DNA from: an uncultured Candidatus Poseidoniales archaeon
Lineage (GTDB): Archaea > Thermoplasmatota > Poseidoniia > Poseidoniales > Thalassarchaeaceae
Assembly: GCA_964556195.1 (NCBI GenBank)
Contig: CAZKVK010000004.1
Location: forward strand, 375-64,374
Length of the DNA stretch: 64,000 nucleotides
Direction of reading: 5' to 3'
In this document: positions 19,601 to 26,294 of the stretch, piece by piece
Position numbering within the stretch: the first letter of the stretch is position 1
Layout: each line of letters begins with the position of its first letter
Notes under the pieces: model-generated
Databases searched by the model: none
Told to the model about the DNA's origin: nothing
What the model saw: the letters and a program-made list of their open reading frames with translations, nothing else
Translations under genes and position numbers: made by a program

Positions 19601-21052
19601 TTCCTCCGAGGTCAAACTTCCTTCAGGCATACCTCGGAACCAGCCACTGGAGTCGGTCACATTACCGTAAATGCCATCGGAATTTTCGGGTGGAACCTCT
19701 GATCGGTTCTCATGAAAGTGAATATGCAAATCTGCCCGCTCATCTGCCCAATACTCTACAGTAGTCAAGCCATTTTCTCCCAAGTTACCAGTGCCGTCGG
19801 CTAGGGTACTATCGGTTCGAATGGTCACCTCTACTTCTTCTGGCAGAATGGTTGCAAGTCGGTTAGGATGTATAGTTGCCTCGATGTAAGCAACTTCCCA
19901 AACATCTCTATCGTCCTGAGTATCGGGGGGGGAGTAGTGAACATAACCAAAGCCAGCGGTTACGCCACAGGAAATTTCGTTCGAAGGTAAAGTTGTCAAC
20001 TCTATTGGAGAGTAGCGATCTGGACAATCGGTTTGTCCGGAGTTGTCAATCGATATTTGATATGGGGCCGCGATTGATGCAATGGTAATTCCTGATTCCT
20101 CTCCACCACTGAAAATTCCAAATGTGATTGCATTGACTATAGACAGAATCAGGTCAGATCCAGCTCCTGAGAGGTCGAAGAAAAACCTCTCAAGCCCAAC
20201 GCCCAAAGTGAAATCATAAGGAGTATGAGTGAACTTAGAATCGATAACCCAAACATAGGATTCTCCTTCTGTTAGAATCCCATCCGAATATGCAAACGCT
20301 TTGAGGATACTAACCTCAAGGGTTTGCAGATCATCCCAATCTGAATCCGTAGTGCTGGAAGGAAGGACACTAACTTGGTAATCTAGTTGTGGAGAGGCGG
20401 AAAGAGTGGTTCCGGATAATTCAATATCATTCAAATTGACACTAAGGCCGACTTGAATATCTTCATCACCATCATCATCAATATCCATTTGATGTAACAA
20501 GAAATCTGTTTCTGGATCCAATAATGAAAGTAAACTGGTAAGGAATGTGATTTCCTCGGCCTGCTCAACAACATTTCCATCGGTGTCAACATATCGAGTC
20601 CAAATTACGTAATCAGTCAAATTGAACAGAGTTGACCAAATTGTTCTAACCTCGCCCGGAGGACGACTATTCTCGTCGGTGAGAACGATGTAAGGTTCAG
20701 GATGAATGACGGCAGGGGCCGCGGTTTCTACAAGGAACACATCATCTAAAGCCTCGTCAATATCATGGAGAGGATCGGCAACCGAAGTATCCTGAACTCC
20801 AACTCTCACATCATCCAATATTGGTCCAGCGATATTGCTTACAGAATCACCTGAAACCACTTGTTCTCTCTGGTTGAGGACTTTTCCCAACTCATCCAGA
20901 ATCTCAAAGTCCTGTGACTCTATTCTAGCCTCTCCACTAACAGTCGCAAATGGTGCCACAGTAGGCAGAAAGAACAGAATTACCAGCAAAACAGGTAGAG
21001 AAATTTTGGTTCTCGGCGGAGCGCGAATCAAGCGCACTGAACCATTCTCCAT
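16685..21052 (-). CDS. Giant secreted or surface protein of 1455 aa with no domain I can recognise
   Basis: It is a long uninterrupted ORF with the N-terminal signal or anchor ISLPVLLVILFFLPTVAPFATVSG. It is acidic and Thr/Ser/Gly/Asp-rich like the other extracellular proteins here, and it ends in a short hydrophobic stretch (AVLTLGATFLGG). Confidence 0.75.
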   Translation of the reverse strand: MENGSVRLIRAPPRTKISLPVLLVILFFLPTVAPFATVSGEARIESQDFEILDELGKVLNQREQVVSGDSVSNIAGPILDDVRVGVQDTSVADPLHDIDEALDDVFLVETAAPAVIHPEPYIVLTDENSRPPGEVRTIWSTLFNLTDYVIWTRYVDTDGNVVEQAEEITFLTSLLSLLDPETDFLLHQMDIDDDGDEDIQVGLSVNLNDIELSGTTLSASPQLDYQVSVLPSSTTDSDWDDLQTLEVSILKAFAYSDGILTEGESYVWVIDSKFTHTPYDFTLGVGLERFFFDLSGAGSDLILSIVNAITFGIFSGGEESGITIASIAAPYQISIDNSGQTDCPDRYSPIELTTLPSNEISCGVTAGFGYVHYSPPDTQDDRDVWEVAYIEATIHPNRLATILPEEVEVTIRTDSTLADGTGNLGENGLTTVEYWADERADLHIHFHENRSEVPPENSDGIYGNVTDSSGWFRGMPEGSLTSEEIDRTFTMLGSKSEPQLPGGQPNRLGLIIGVKNFTRDTSQNVDDSSLPVNPAYPPKTLVLVRSVQSVESVEYHSWMKRGGADTDHRRIQITAEEIPTAIVFFGSFELGGTEEADTSLDTGQNLDFLSRIFDVVLINIVDLFLDIGTILNDIPSATVDVISGGVGGSGGLSGETLHLLMHDNWGSEREARSISEIGLQIGSSPHPTMTGDHLILSKDRELETVQGRSGPQTPLVQVAASLRFSGLSAFTLIDDIETESQSFSLLTSSQTPFSFLYIDHEPSNLDDAAHQGLWISDIPDNVTADLNPDLATYAASSTIDRISYTGIEGNQRQAAHILDVPADFAIEFGDITKWTASTPISEIHAQLTDAPNPVTMGGDHFLFHHQPDDGTSTISTRISGLQEVGWKAPAVAGATGAMGQGTAFMTVAGDRTMSINVDHAPTQDEGGLSALVLIDPLPSNVSVDIPTGADSGNSLVIPELNTSQGVSGVAFFLGGFADLGRSVNTVLSGVTSEISTGSDGGNGSFSYGLQLDADSEFDLIFEASQGNGTAEEPAWVHGIAMNAAPSGISDGFHIRGWIPNLPPLIDITVSRMPNSNGEDWAIILGMDGWLPARSEFMINTKGVNGQDLMLTLQGLTVGEATTLGIDSQFNIRETSGGINEVTTSTRFVLSNRLDWIHAELINRDAGARTEMLINDIPESIDLLASLGTSISIDMIVPEKYRRDGPAVDSIMLQQMQWMEGAWWPATVFLTNVPDSINLTTEADVNYDITKSLAFQGTPVLDFSASDDGMSLYIEANGRAINNRGDIILLAEGMTDRMVIKPTSDYGLAIRSGGDGVERIYLRASNMPTTPPVVIEEVEALGENLRSATIRVVEVVGPYSIIELEDVQGGRIIASARASAEVDTLGTTLDLRGVLLDAQTTGGVPTGTSIGVNGLASDLSLLNLIPGFEGSTHHIIVPEPFSSAVLTLGATFLGGD

Positions 21053-21055
21053 AGA

Positions 21056-21074
21056 CGCACCTCTACGAGGTGCG
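21056..21074 (-). promoter_or_regulatory. 8-bp hairpin sequestering the Shine-Dalgarno sequence of the 1455-aa gene
   Basis: The minus strand reads CGCACCTC-gta-GAGGTGCG-tct-ATG. The 3' arm contains GAGGTG 5 nt before the start codon. The 5' arm, CACCTC, mimics the anti-SD sequence. Confidence 0.45.
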
Positions 21075-21148
21075 ATTTAGGGTCTTGGGCGACAGGAGCG
21101 AATTGAGCGTCGTATTCTAAGGTAAAATAGGGCTAGAAAATTCACTAA

Positions 21149-23746
21149 TCAAGTCAAACGTACCGTCTCGATAGCACCACAAGACGGGCATGCAGTTCGG
21201 GCAACGTCATGGCCTTCTGGCAAGGTCACCTCAAAGCGTTGTTGACATTGGCTACAATCCTGCTGAACAATTCTAGATATGGGTTCTGAAACATCCTCTA
21301 CAGATTCTTCGGATTCTTCCAATATCTCTGGCTCGTCTTCTTCCTCAACCGGTGGTGGCGTTGGGATATTCTCGTTTTCAGGAATCGGAGGGACAGGGAG
21401 ATCTTCTTCGCCATCTAGGAGAGTTTCTGCTTCAGGTTCTGGTTCTGGAGGTGGAGGTGTTGGTAGCGAGTCTCCTTGGTCGAACGAATCAACTTCATCG
21501 GGAGACCAAACCTCTTCAGAAGTTCCTTCTAACTCATCGTGCGAAAATTCCACTGAATCTTCTTCCACCGCAGAATCATCATCCGAAAACTCGGCAAGAA
21601 GTTCCGAAGCTGGACTCGATTGATCAGATGCAGTTATCGGTTCTGGGCTACTCATCAAGGCTTCAAGATCAGAATCTCCCATTGCCGCATCCTGACTAAT
21701 TGTGGCCTGTGAGTCACTAGCACCTGACATGCCAGTCGCATATTGACCAAATGGTGACGTGGTAGACATTGAGGTTGGCTGGTCAAGAGTAGCTGAACCT
21801 GCACCATACATCGCCTTTTGTTCCTCGACGCTGAGTTCCCTCGGCTCTTCTTCCTCAGCGGCGGCTTGTTCCTCAAGCAGTGCCTCAAGCCTAGAATTAG
21901 ACATACGACGCCAGGTCATCATTCCAATTCCGGCTATGATGAGCAATAGGAGTACAAATGCAGCGATTACCAGCATCATGGGATTTAATCCAGAACCATC
22001 ATCAGATGCTGAACGTACGGATACTAAGTAGGTTACTTGAGTAGAACCGCCTGCTTCGTTGACGATTGTACAAACAATTTCGTAGGTGCCCTTCTGTTGG
22101 AAAACCTCTGTTATGGCCGAACCGCTTGCATCCATGTCGTTATCCATTATCCCATCTGAATTTGCATCTGTCTGGGTATCTAAGTCCCAGAAATACAGAA
22201 GACTGGGTGACTCGGCATCAATGGCCTCGGCGGTTAGCTGAATGGGTTCCCCAAGAATAGCAGTAGTTTCTACTGTCTGTTGTGGAACTAGTGGAGGGGT
22301 TGAATCATACAAATCAATGATTGCGGTTCGCTCTGTTACTTGGCCCTCCTTATCGGTAACCCGAATGGTAACCTCGTGGTCACCCGCTGAGTAACTTGAA
22401 TCAAAACGGAAGGTGAATGTTTTTCCATCCTGCCAATTCCAACTGCTGTAGACTTCTATTACTTCCTCATCAACCAGCCACTCCACACTGTAAACCCCCC
22501 AATTATCGTCAATATTGGCAGTTAGCAAGAGTTCGTCGTCGAAGTCCTTGCGTATTGTGTCGCTAGCAGACAAACTAACCTCCGGTGGGCTGATGTCCTG
22601 AATTGTTGTATTGAGATAGACAGTAGCACTTCGACCGTCCTTTGAAACTGCTCTAAGACCGATGATGATTTGGTTTGGTTCGTCCCAACTAACCGTTATT
22701 GCTGGCCCTGAAGTGTCATAGAAACCATCACCGTTGGTATCCCATTGGAATCCAGTTTCGCTATCGATTTGGTCTGACAAGTTTGGGGTGTTTGAAGCAT
22801 CCAGAATCACCTCTGCTCCAACATCAATTGTAGCCAAAGCAGAGGCGTTGGTAATTGTCGGTTCCAAGATTGGAATTAGGTCCATTACTACAGTGGTTGC
22901 TACGAACCCAGTACCAGCACCACCACTCGGAGGGCCTGGACGATTGTCCACTACAAGATACAATTCTTGGCCTGCATAATCGGTATTTACTGCCCACGAA
23001 ATACTTCTTTCTTCCAACACCAGCAACATATCTGCATTATTGTCATCCATTCCATTAGCAGTAGTTCCTTGTTCGTAAAATTCCATTTGAGTATCAGTAA
23101 TTAGGAATATATCCGGCGCACCTTGCATCGTTGTCACGAATATATTGACTTGAGTTCCTTCGTCGAGAACTAGAGGGCCAGCAAGTACGGAATGACCTCC
23201 ACTGTCTAATCGGACAATGGTATCGACTATTCCGAATACGGGGCTATCGACTTCCTGTATATCTAGGACTACAGTAGCCAAACTACCACCTTGAGCACCA
23301 TCGCCTTGATCTTGGGGATGAGCCATATTATCCAGAACTAGGTACCATCGAGTATCTCCTCTATCGTCGGGAGCCGTCCAATGCCAGGTACCGTCTCCTT
23401 GGAAGGATTCGAAAACCGAATCGGAATGCCAAACCGAGTCTAAACGGTAATTCTGTTCATTCTGATAAACTGAGATTGAGCTTGCGGAAAATAGTAGAAT
23501 GTCAACTTGAATATCTGCCGATACATCGAAAGACAGCGTGTCTCCGGCAGAAAGAACTCCGAGATCTACTCTAACACAAGCACCATCATCAATATCCCAA
23601 CTTGCTGGAACCATGCCTAAATCGGCCGGAGTGCAGGAAATTACTCCCTTTCCAGCAGCATCGATTGCAGGGGCTGATGAGGTCAATAGGAGCAGGACCA
23701 TCAGCACTACGGAACTACGACGCATCACGTAGGGGTTCACCCTCAC
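21149..23746 (-). CDS. Surface protein with duplicated N-terminal beta domains, PKD-like domains, a TM helix, a long acidic/Pro-rich cytoplasmic tail and a C-terminal zinc ribbon
   Basis: The likely true start is the ATG at 23725 (MRRSSVVLMVLLLLTSSAPAIDA signal peptide); the track start at 23746 is GTG. Two similar modules end in WYLVLDN and LYLVVDN. PKD-like segments include FQWDTNGDG and YFWDLDTQTDANSDG. The TM helix is MMLVIAAFVLLLLIIAGIGMM. The tail ends CSQC-x18-CPSC. Confidence 0.8.
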   Translation of the reverse strand: MRVNPYVMRRSSVVLMVLLLLTSSAPAIDAAGKGVISCTPADLGMVPASWDIDDGACVRVDLGVLSAGDTLSFDVSADIQVDILLFSASSISVYQNEQNYRLDSVWHSDSVFESFQGDGTWHWTAPDDRGDTRWYLVLDNMAHPQDQGDGAQGGSLATVVLDIQEVDSPVFGIVDTIVRLDSGGHSVLAGPLVLDEGTQVNIFVTTMQGAPDIFLITDTQMEFYEQGTTANGMDDNNADMLLVLEERSISWAVNTDYAGQELYLVVDNRPGPPSGGAGTGFVATTVVMDLIPILEPTITNASALATIDVGAEVILDASNTPNLSDQIDSETGFQWDTNGDGFYDTSGPAITVSWDEPNQIIIGLRAVSKDGRSATVYLNTTIQDISPPEVSLSASDTIRKDFDDELLLTANIDDNWGVYSVEWLVDEEVIEVYSSWNWQDGKTFTFRFDSSYSAGDHEVTIRVTDKEGQVTERTAIIDLYDSTPPLVPQQTVETTAILGEPIQLTAEAIDAESPSLLYFWDLDTQTDANSDGIMDNDMDASGSAITEVFQQKGTYEIVCTIVNEAGGSTQVTYLVSVRSASDDGSGLNPMMLVIAAFVLLLLIIAGIGMMTWRRMSNSRLEALLEEQAAAEEEEPRELSVEEQKAMYGAGSATLDQPTSMSTTSPFGQYATGMSGASDSQATISQDAAMGDSDLEALMSSPEPITASDQSSPASELLAEFSDDDSAVEEDSVEFSHDELEGTSEEVWSPDEVDSFDQGDSLPTPPPPEPEPEAETLLDGEEDLPVPPIPENENIPTPPPVEEEDEPEILEESEESVEDVSEPISRIVQQDCSQCQQRFEVTLPEGHDVARTACPSCGAIETVRLT

Positions 23747-23775
23747 CTTTTGAATCGTATCGCATTTCCGTTCCG

Positions 23776-23784
23776 AAATATATC
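23776..23784 (-). promoter_or_regulatory. Candidate TATA-like element upstream of the surface-protein cluster
   Basis: The minus strand reads GATATATTT about 50-60 nt upstream of the ATG at 23725, with GGTGAGGGTGA between them. This is positional and compositional evidence only. Confidence 0.25.
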
Positions 23785-23808
23785 ACTTAAATCGAAGATT
23801 TTGAATGA

Positions 23809-24063
23809 TTAATCGTCCTTAGGAATCGGCGTTGGGGGGAACCAGCGAAGGACCACTACGTCTCCAACTGAACGTACCCAATTCCACGGAATCGCAACGT
23901 GGATTCGACCTTCGACTAAATCTGCTGGAGGGTCGGCCACGAAGATGTGTGTGCAGGTCCAAGAATCTGTCTCGACGACCGTATCGTGGACGGTACCGAG
24001 AAGTCGACCGTCGGGTAGGATGACCGGTAAATCTCGAATTAGACTGACTTCGCTCTCCGTCAT
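23809..24063 (-). CDS. Small PRC-barrel domain protein
   Basis: 84 aa. The pattern LPVILPDGRLLGTVHDTVVETDSWTCTHIFV...IPWNWVRSVGDVVVL is typical of stand-alone PRC-barrel proteins. The overlapping 91-aa ORF in another frame is Arg/Ser-rich and implausible. Confidence 0.65.
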   Translation of the reverse strand: MTESEVSLIRDLPVILPDGRLLGTVHDTVVETDSWTCTHIFVADPPADLVEGRIHVAIPWNWVRSVGDVVVLRWFPPTPIPKDD

Positions 24064-24100
24064 CGAAGGCGTCCGCGATGAAGGGTGAAATCAACTTACT

Positions 24101-24124
24101 CCTAGGAAGGACTACTTTCCTAGG
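24101..24124 (-). terminator. 8-bp hairpin (CCTAGGAA-8 nt-TTCCTAGG) spanning the L15e stop codon
   Basis: It is a perfect inverted repeat read directly from the sequence, located at the 3' end of the L15e gene. Its function is inferred. Confidence 0.3.
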
Positions 24125-24717
24125 TTCTTGTGGGCCTTCAAGGAAGGACGGAGTTTCTCAGCACCCTTACCCTTGTTGTACAATCCTCGTCCGCGCTTTC
24201 CAGCGCTGGTCTTTCCACGAGCAGCGCGGCCGCGGTGACTGTTTCCTTCAGAAATCCAGCCCAATTGTTTGTCTGACTTGATTGCTGGGTGATGTGGATC
24301 AACCATGATGACTTCGAAGAACTTGTTCTTTCCATCCTCGCCCACCCAGTAAGAGTTGAGGACCTCTAGGTTAGGGTAGCGCTTGCTTGTGCGCTCCTCT
24401 GCAATTCTTTGAATGGACTTAGCCATGGTTATTTTCTTGATACCGGCCTTAGATGGCTTGCGCTTCATGTGTACCTTGCCCTTGCGTAGCCCACCACGCC
24501 TCACGCGCGTGCGCACGACAGTGACTCCTTGCTTTGCCTTGTACCCAACACTGTGAGCAGCGTCGAGACGAGTTGGGCGCTCAATTCGCTGGAAAACCGG
24601 CTCACGCCTCCAGCCTGCCATCCGCTCACGGCGGGTTGCTGTGGGAATATTCTTCTTCGGCTGTTTCCAAACCGAACCTAGATGCTTCATGACTCCCATC
24701 ACTGCCCCTCCAAGCAT
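24112..24717 (-). CDS. rpl15e: 50S ribosomal protein L15e
   Basis: The protein is basic. The sequences [41 protein letters not shown] and [24 protein letters not shown] are characteristic of L15e. The true start is probably an internal Met (24699 or 24690). Confidence 0.92.
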   Translation of the reverse strand: MLGGAVMGVMKHLGSVWKQPKKNIPTATRRERMAGWRREPVFQRIERPTRLDAAHSVGYKAKQGVTVVRTRVRRGGLRKGKVHMKRKPSKAGIKKITMAKSIQRIAEERTSKRYPNLEVLNSYWVGEDGKNKFFEVIMVDPHHPAIKSDKQLGWISEGNSHRGRAARGKTSAGKRGRGLYNKGKGAEKLRPSLKAHKNLGK

Positions 24718-24799
24718 CCCGCCGACCTGACTCCCCTTTATGAGCCTAATCTACGAACTCGGAACACTACGTGTACCGAAGGTCGACTTGAGATTATTG

Positions 24800-24904
24800 T
24801 GGTCCGCGCTCCCGGACTTGAACCGGGGACCCCCTGATGGCTGCCTACAACCAATGTGTTTCCAGTCTACAGTCAGGTGCTCTAGCCAACTGAGCTAAGC
24901 GCGG
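24800..24904 (-). tRNA. tRNA-Tyr (anticodon GUA) with a 28-nt intron in the anticodon loop and an encoded CCA
   Basis: Hand-folded cloverleaf. The acceptor CCGCGCT pairs with AGCGCGG (C1-G72). The D arm is GCTC/GAGC. The anticodon stem CCTGA pairs with TCAGG, with loop CTGTAG(A). The T arm is CCCGG-TTCAAGT-CCGGG, followed by ACCA. 28 extra nt lie within 24838-24866, at the canonical 37/38 position. Confidence 0.85.
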
Positions 24905-25064
24905 TACAAACTATTCGGGTGACCTCCTGTTTATCTTGCTTTCCGGAAGCATTCCGGCCGAACATCTAGACTCCGATAATCGCATTCTCACCCCTCTCTA
25001 CGCCCTCAACGGTTAAGAAGGCTAGAAATGGCACTGCGATGACGTAGGGCGCTATGCCCAAGGG

Positions 25065-26210
25065 ATGCACGGAGGACACGCAATGGGGAACGGTTCGTCA
25101 ACAGGATTGAGCGGAGGGTCTACCACTACTGCTGCAGATAGAATACCCACCGCCCTGACAGACCGCGAATTGGAGTCGTTTGGACCCCCAGACCCACGCA
25201 TATTGGTATGTGGTTGTGGAGGTTCTGGAAACAATACAATGAACCGGATTACTCACATTGGAGTTGAGGGTGCAATAACCGTTGCAATAAACACCGACAA
25301 ACAACATCTCGATCATACGCGAGCGCAACAAAAATTGTTGGTCGGCCGACATATAACCCGAGGACTCGGTGCCGGTGGAGATCCAATTACTGGACGTCGA
25401 TGCGCAGAAGCCGGACGGGACGTTATCACGCGTATAGTAAGTGGTGCTGACTTAGTATTCGTAACCGCTGGCCTAGGAGGTGGAACCGGCACCGGAATTG
25501 CACCGATTGTTGCGGAGGAAGCCAAGCGTTCTGGCGCTCTGGTAGTTGCGATTGTTACAACTCCATTCTCGGTCGAGCGAAGAATGAGAATGCAGAGAGC
25601 ACTGGAAGGCCTAGAATTGCTTCGAAAAGCTGCAGATGCAGTACTCGTGCTAGACAATAATCGATTGTTGCATTACGTTCCGAATCTTCCACTCGATGAG
25701 GCCTTCTCAATTATGGATCAATTGATTGCTGAAATCGTGAAGGGGATCGTTGAGACAATTACCCTTCCAAGTCTAATCAATCTGGACTTCGCCGATGTTC
25801 GAGCTATCATGAAGAACGGTGGAGTAACCATGATGTTGTATGGGGAGAGCGAACAAGGTCCAGAAGACGTGGTTCACGAGGCTCTAAACCATCCATTACT
25901 AGATATTGAAATCGATGGGGCGACGGGTGCGTTAATCCATGTAACTGGTGGGCCTTACATGACTCTAGAACAGGCAAATCAGGTCTGTGATTTGATGACA
26001 GGGCGCTTGTCACCAGATGCTAATGTTATCTTTGGTGCACGCCAAGATCCAGCGTTTGGAGACACAATCAAGGTCATGTCAATCATTACTGGTGTTGCTT
26101 CCGAGCGACTTGATCGCGAGATTATGAGTGCTGATTCCTTAGGTGATGCACTGAATATTGCTCGACATGGCGGAAATCGCGATGGTGGAAACCTACAGCG
26201 ATTTGATTGA
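25065..26210 (+). CDS. ftsZ: Cell division GTPase FtsZ (paralog A)
   Basis: Motifs include ILVCGCGGSGNNTMNRI, GLGAGGDPITGRRCAE, the tubulin signature AGLGGGTGTGIAPIVAEEAK, and NLDFADVRAIM. Confidence 0.92.
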   Translation: MHGGHAMGNGSSTGLSGGSTTTAADRIPTALTDRELESFGPPDPRILVCGCGGSGNNTMNRITHIGVEGAITVAINTDKQHLDHTRAQQKLLVGRHITRGLGAGGDPITGRRCAEAGRDVITRIVSGADLVFVTAGLGGGTGTGIAPIVAEEAKRSGALVVAIVTTPFSVERRMRMQRALEGLELLRKAADAVLVLDNNRLLHYVPNLPLDEAFSIMDQLIAEIVKGIVETITLPSLINLDFADVRAIMKNGGVTMMLYGESEQGPEDVVHEALNHPLLDIEIDGATGALIHVTGGPYMTLEQANQVCDLMTGRLSPDANVIFGARQDPAFGDTIKVMSIITGVASERLDREIMSADSLGDALNIARHGGNRDGGNLQRFD

Positions 26211-26294
26211 TGATTTAGCCGAACCAAGTCTTCTAGTGCGCGGGAGTGTCATATTGGGCAAAGCCTCAAACCGGACTCACATTGACGATGATTC

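Noticed and set aside
21279-21699. Two overlapping plus-strand ORFs of about 115 aa rich in Ser/Gly/Glu.
   Set aside because: They mirror the acidic/Pro-rich tail-coding region of the 865-aa gene. The biased composition keeps the antisense frames open.
23819-24094. 91-aa ORF overlapping the PRC-barrel gene in another frame.
   Set aside because: Its product is extremely Arg/Ser-rich, while the alternative frame gives a recognisable PRC-barrel fold pattern.
8808-24904. Whether the surface-protein cluster is a genomic island integrated at the adjacent tRNA-Tyr.
   Set aside because: I found no integrase or recombinase gene. I found no direct repeat of the tRNA 3' end at the far border (8666-8807). 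No mobile-element genes lie anywhere in the window. Composition by eye is similar to the flanks. The cluster may still be a hypervariable region, but nothing here shows mobility.
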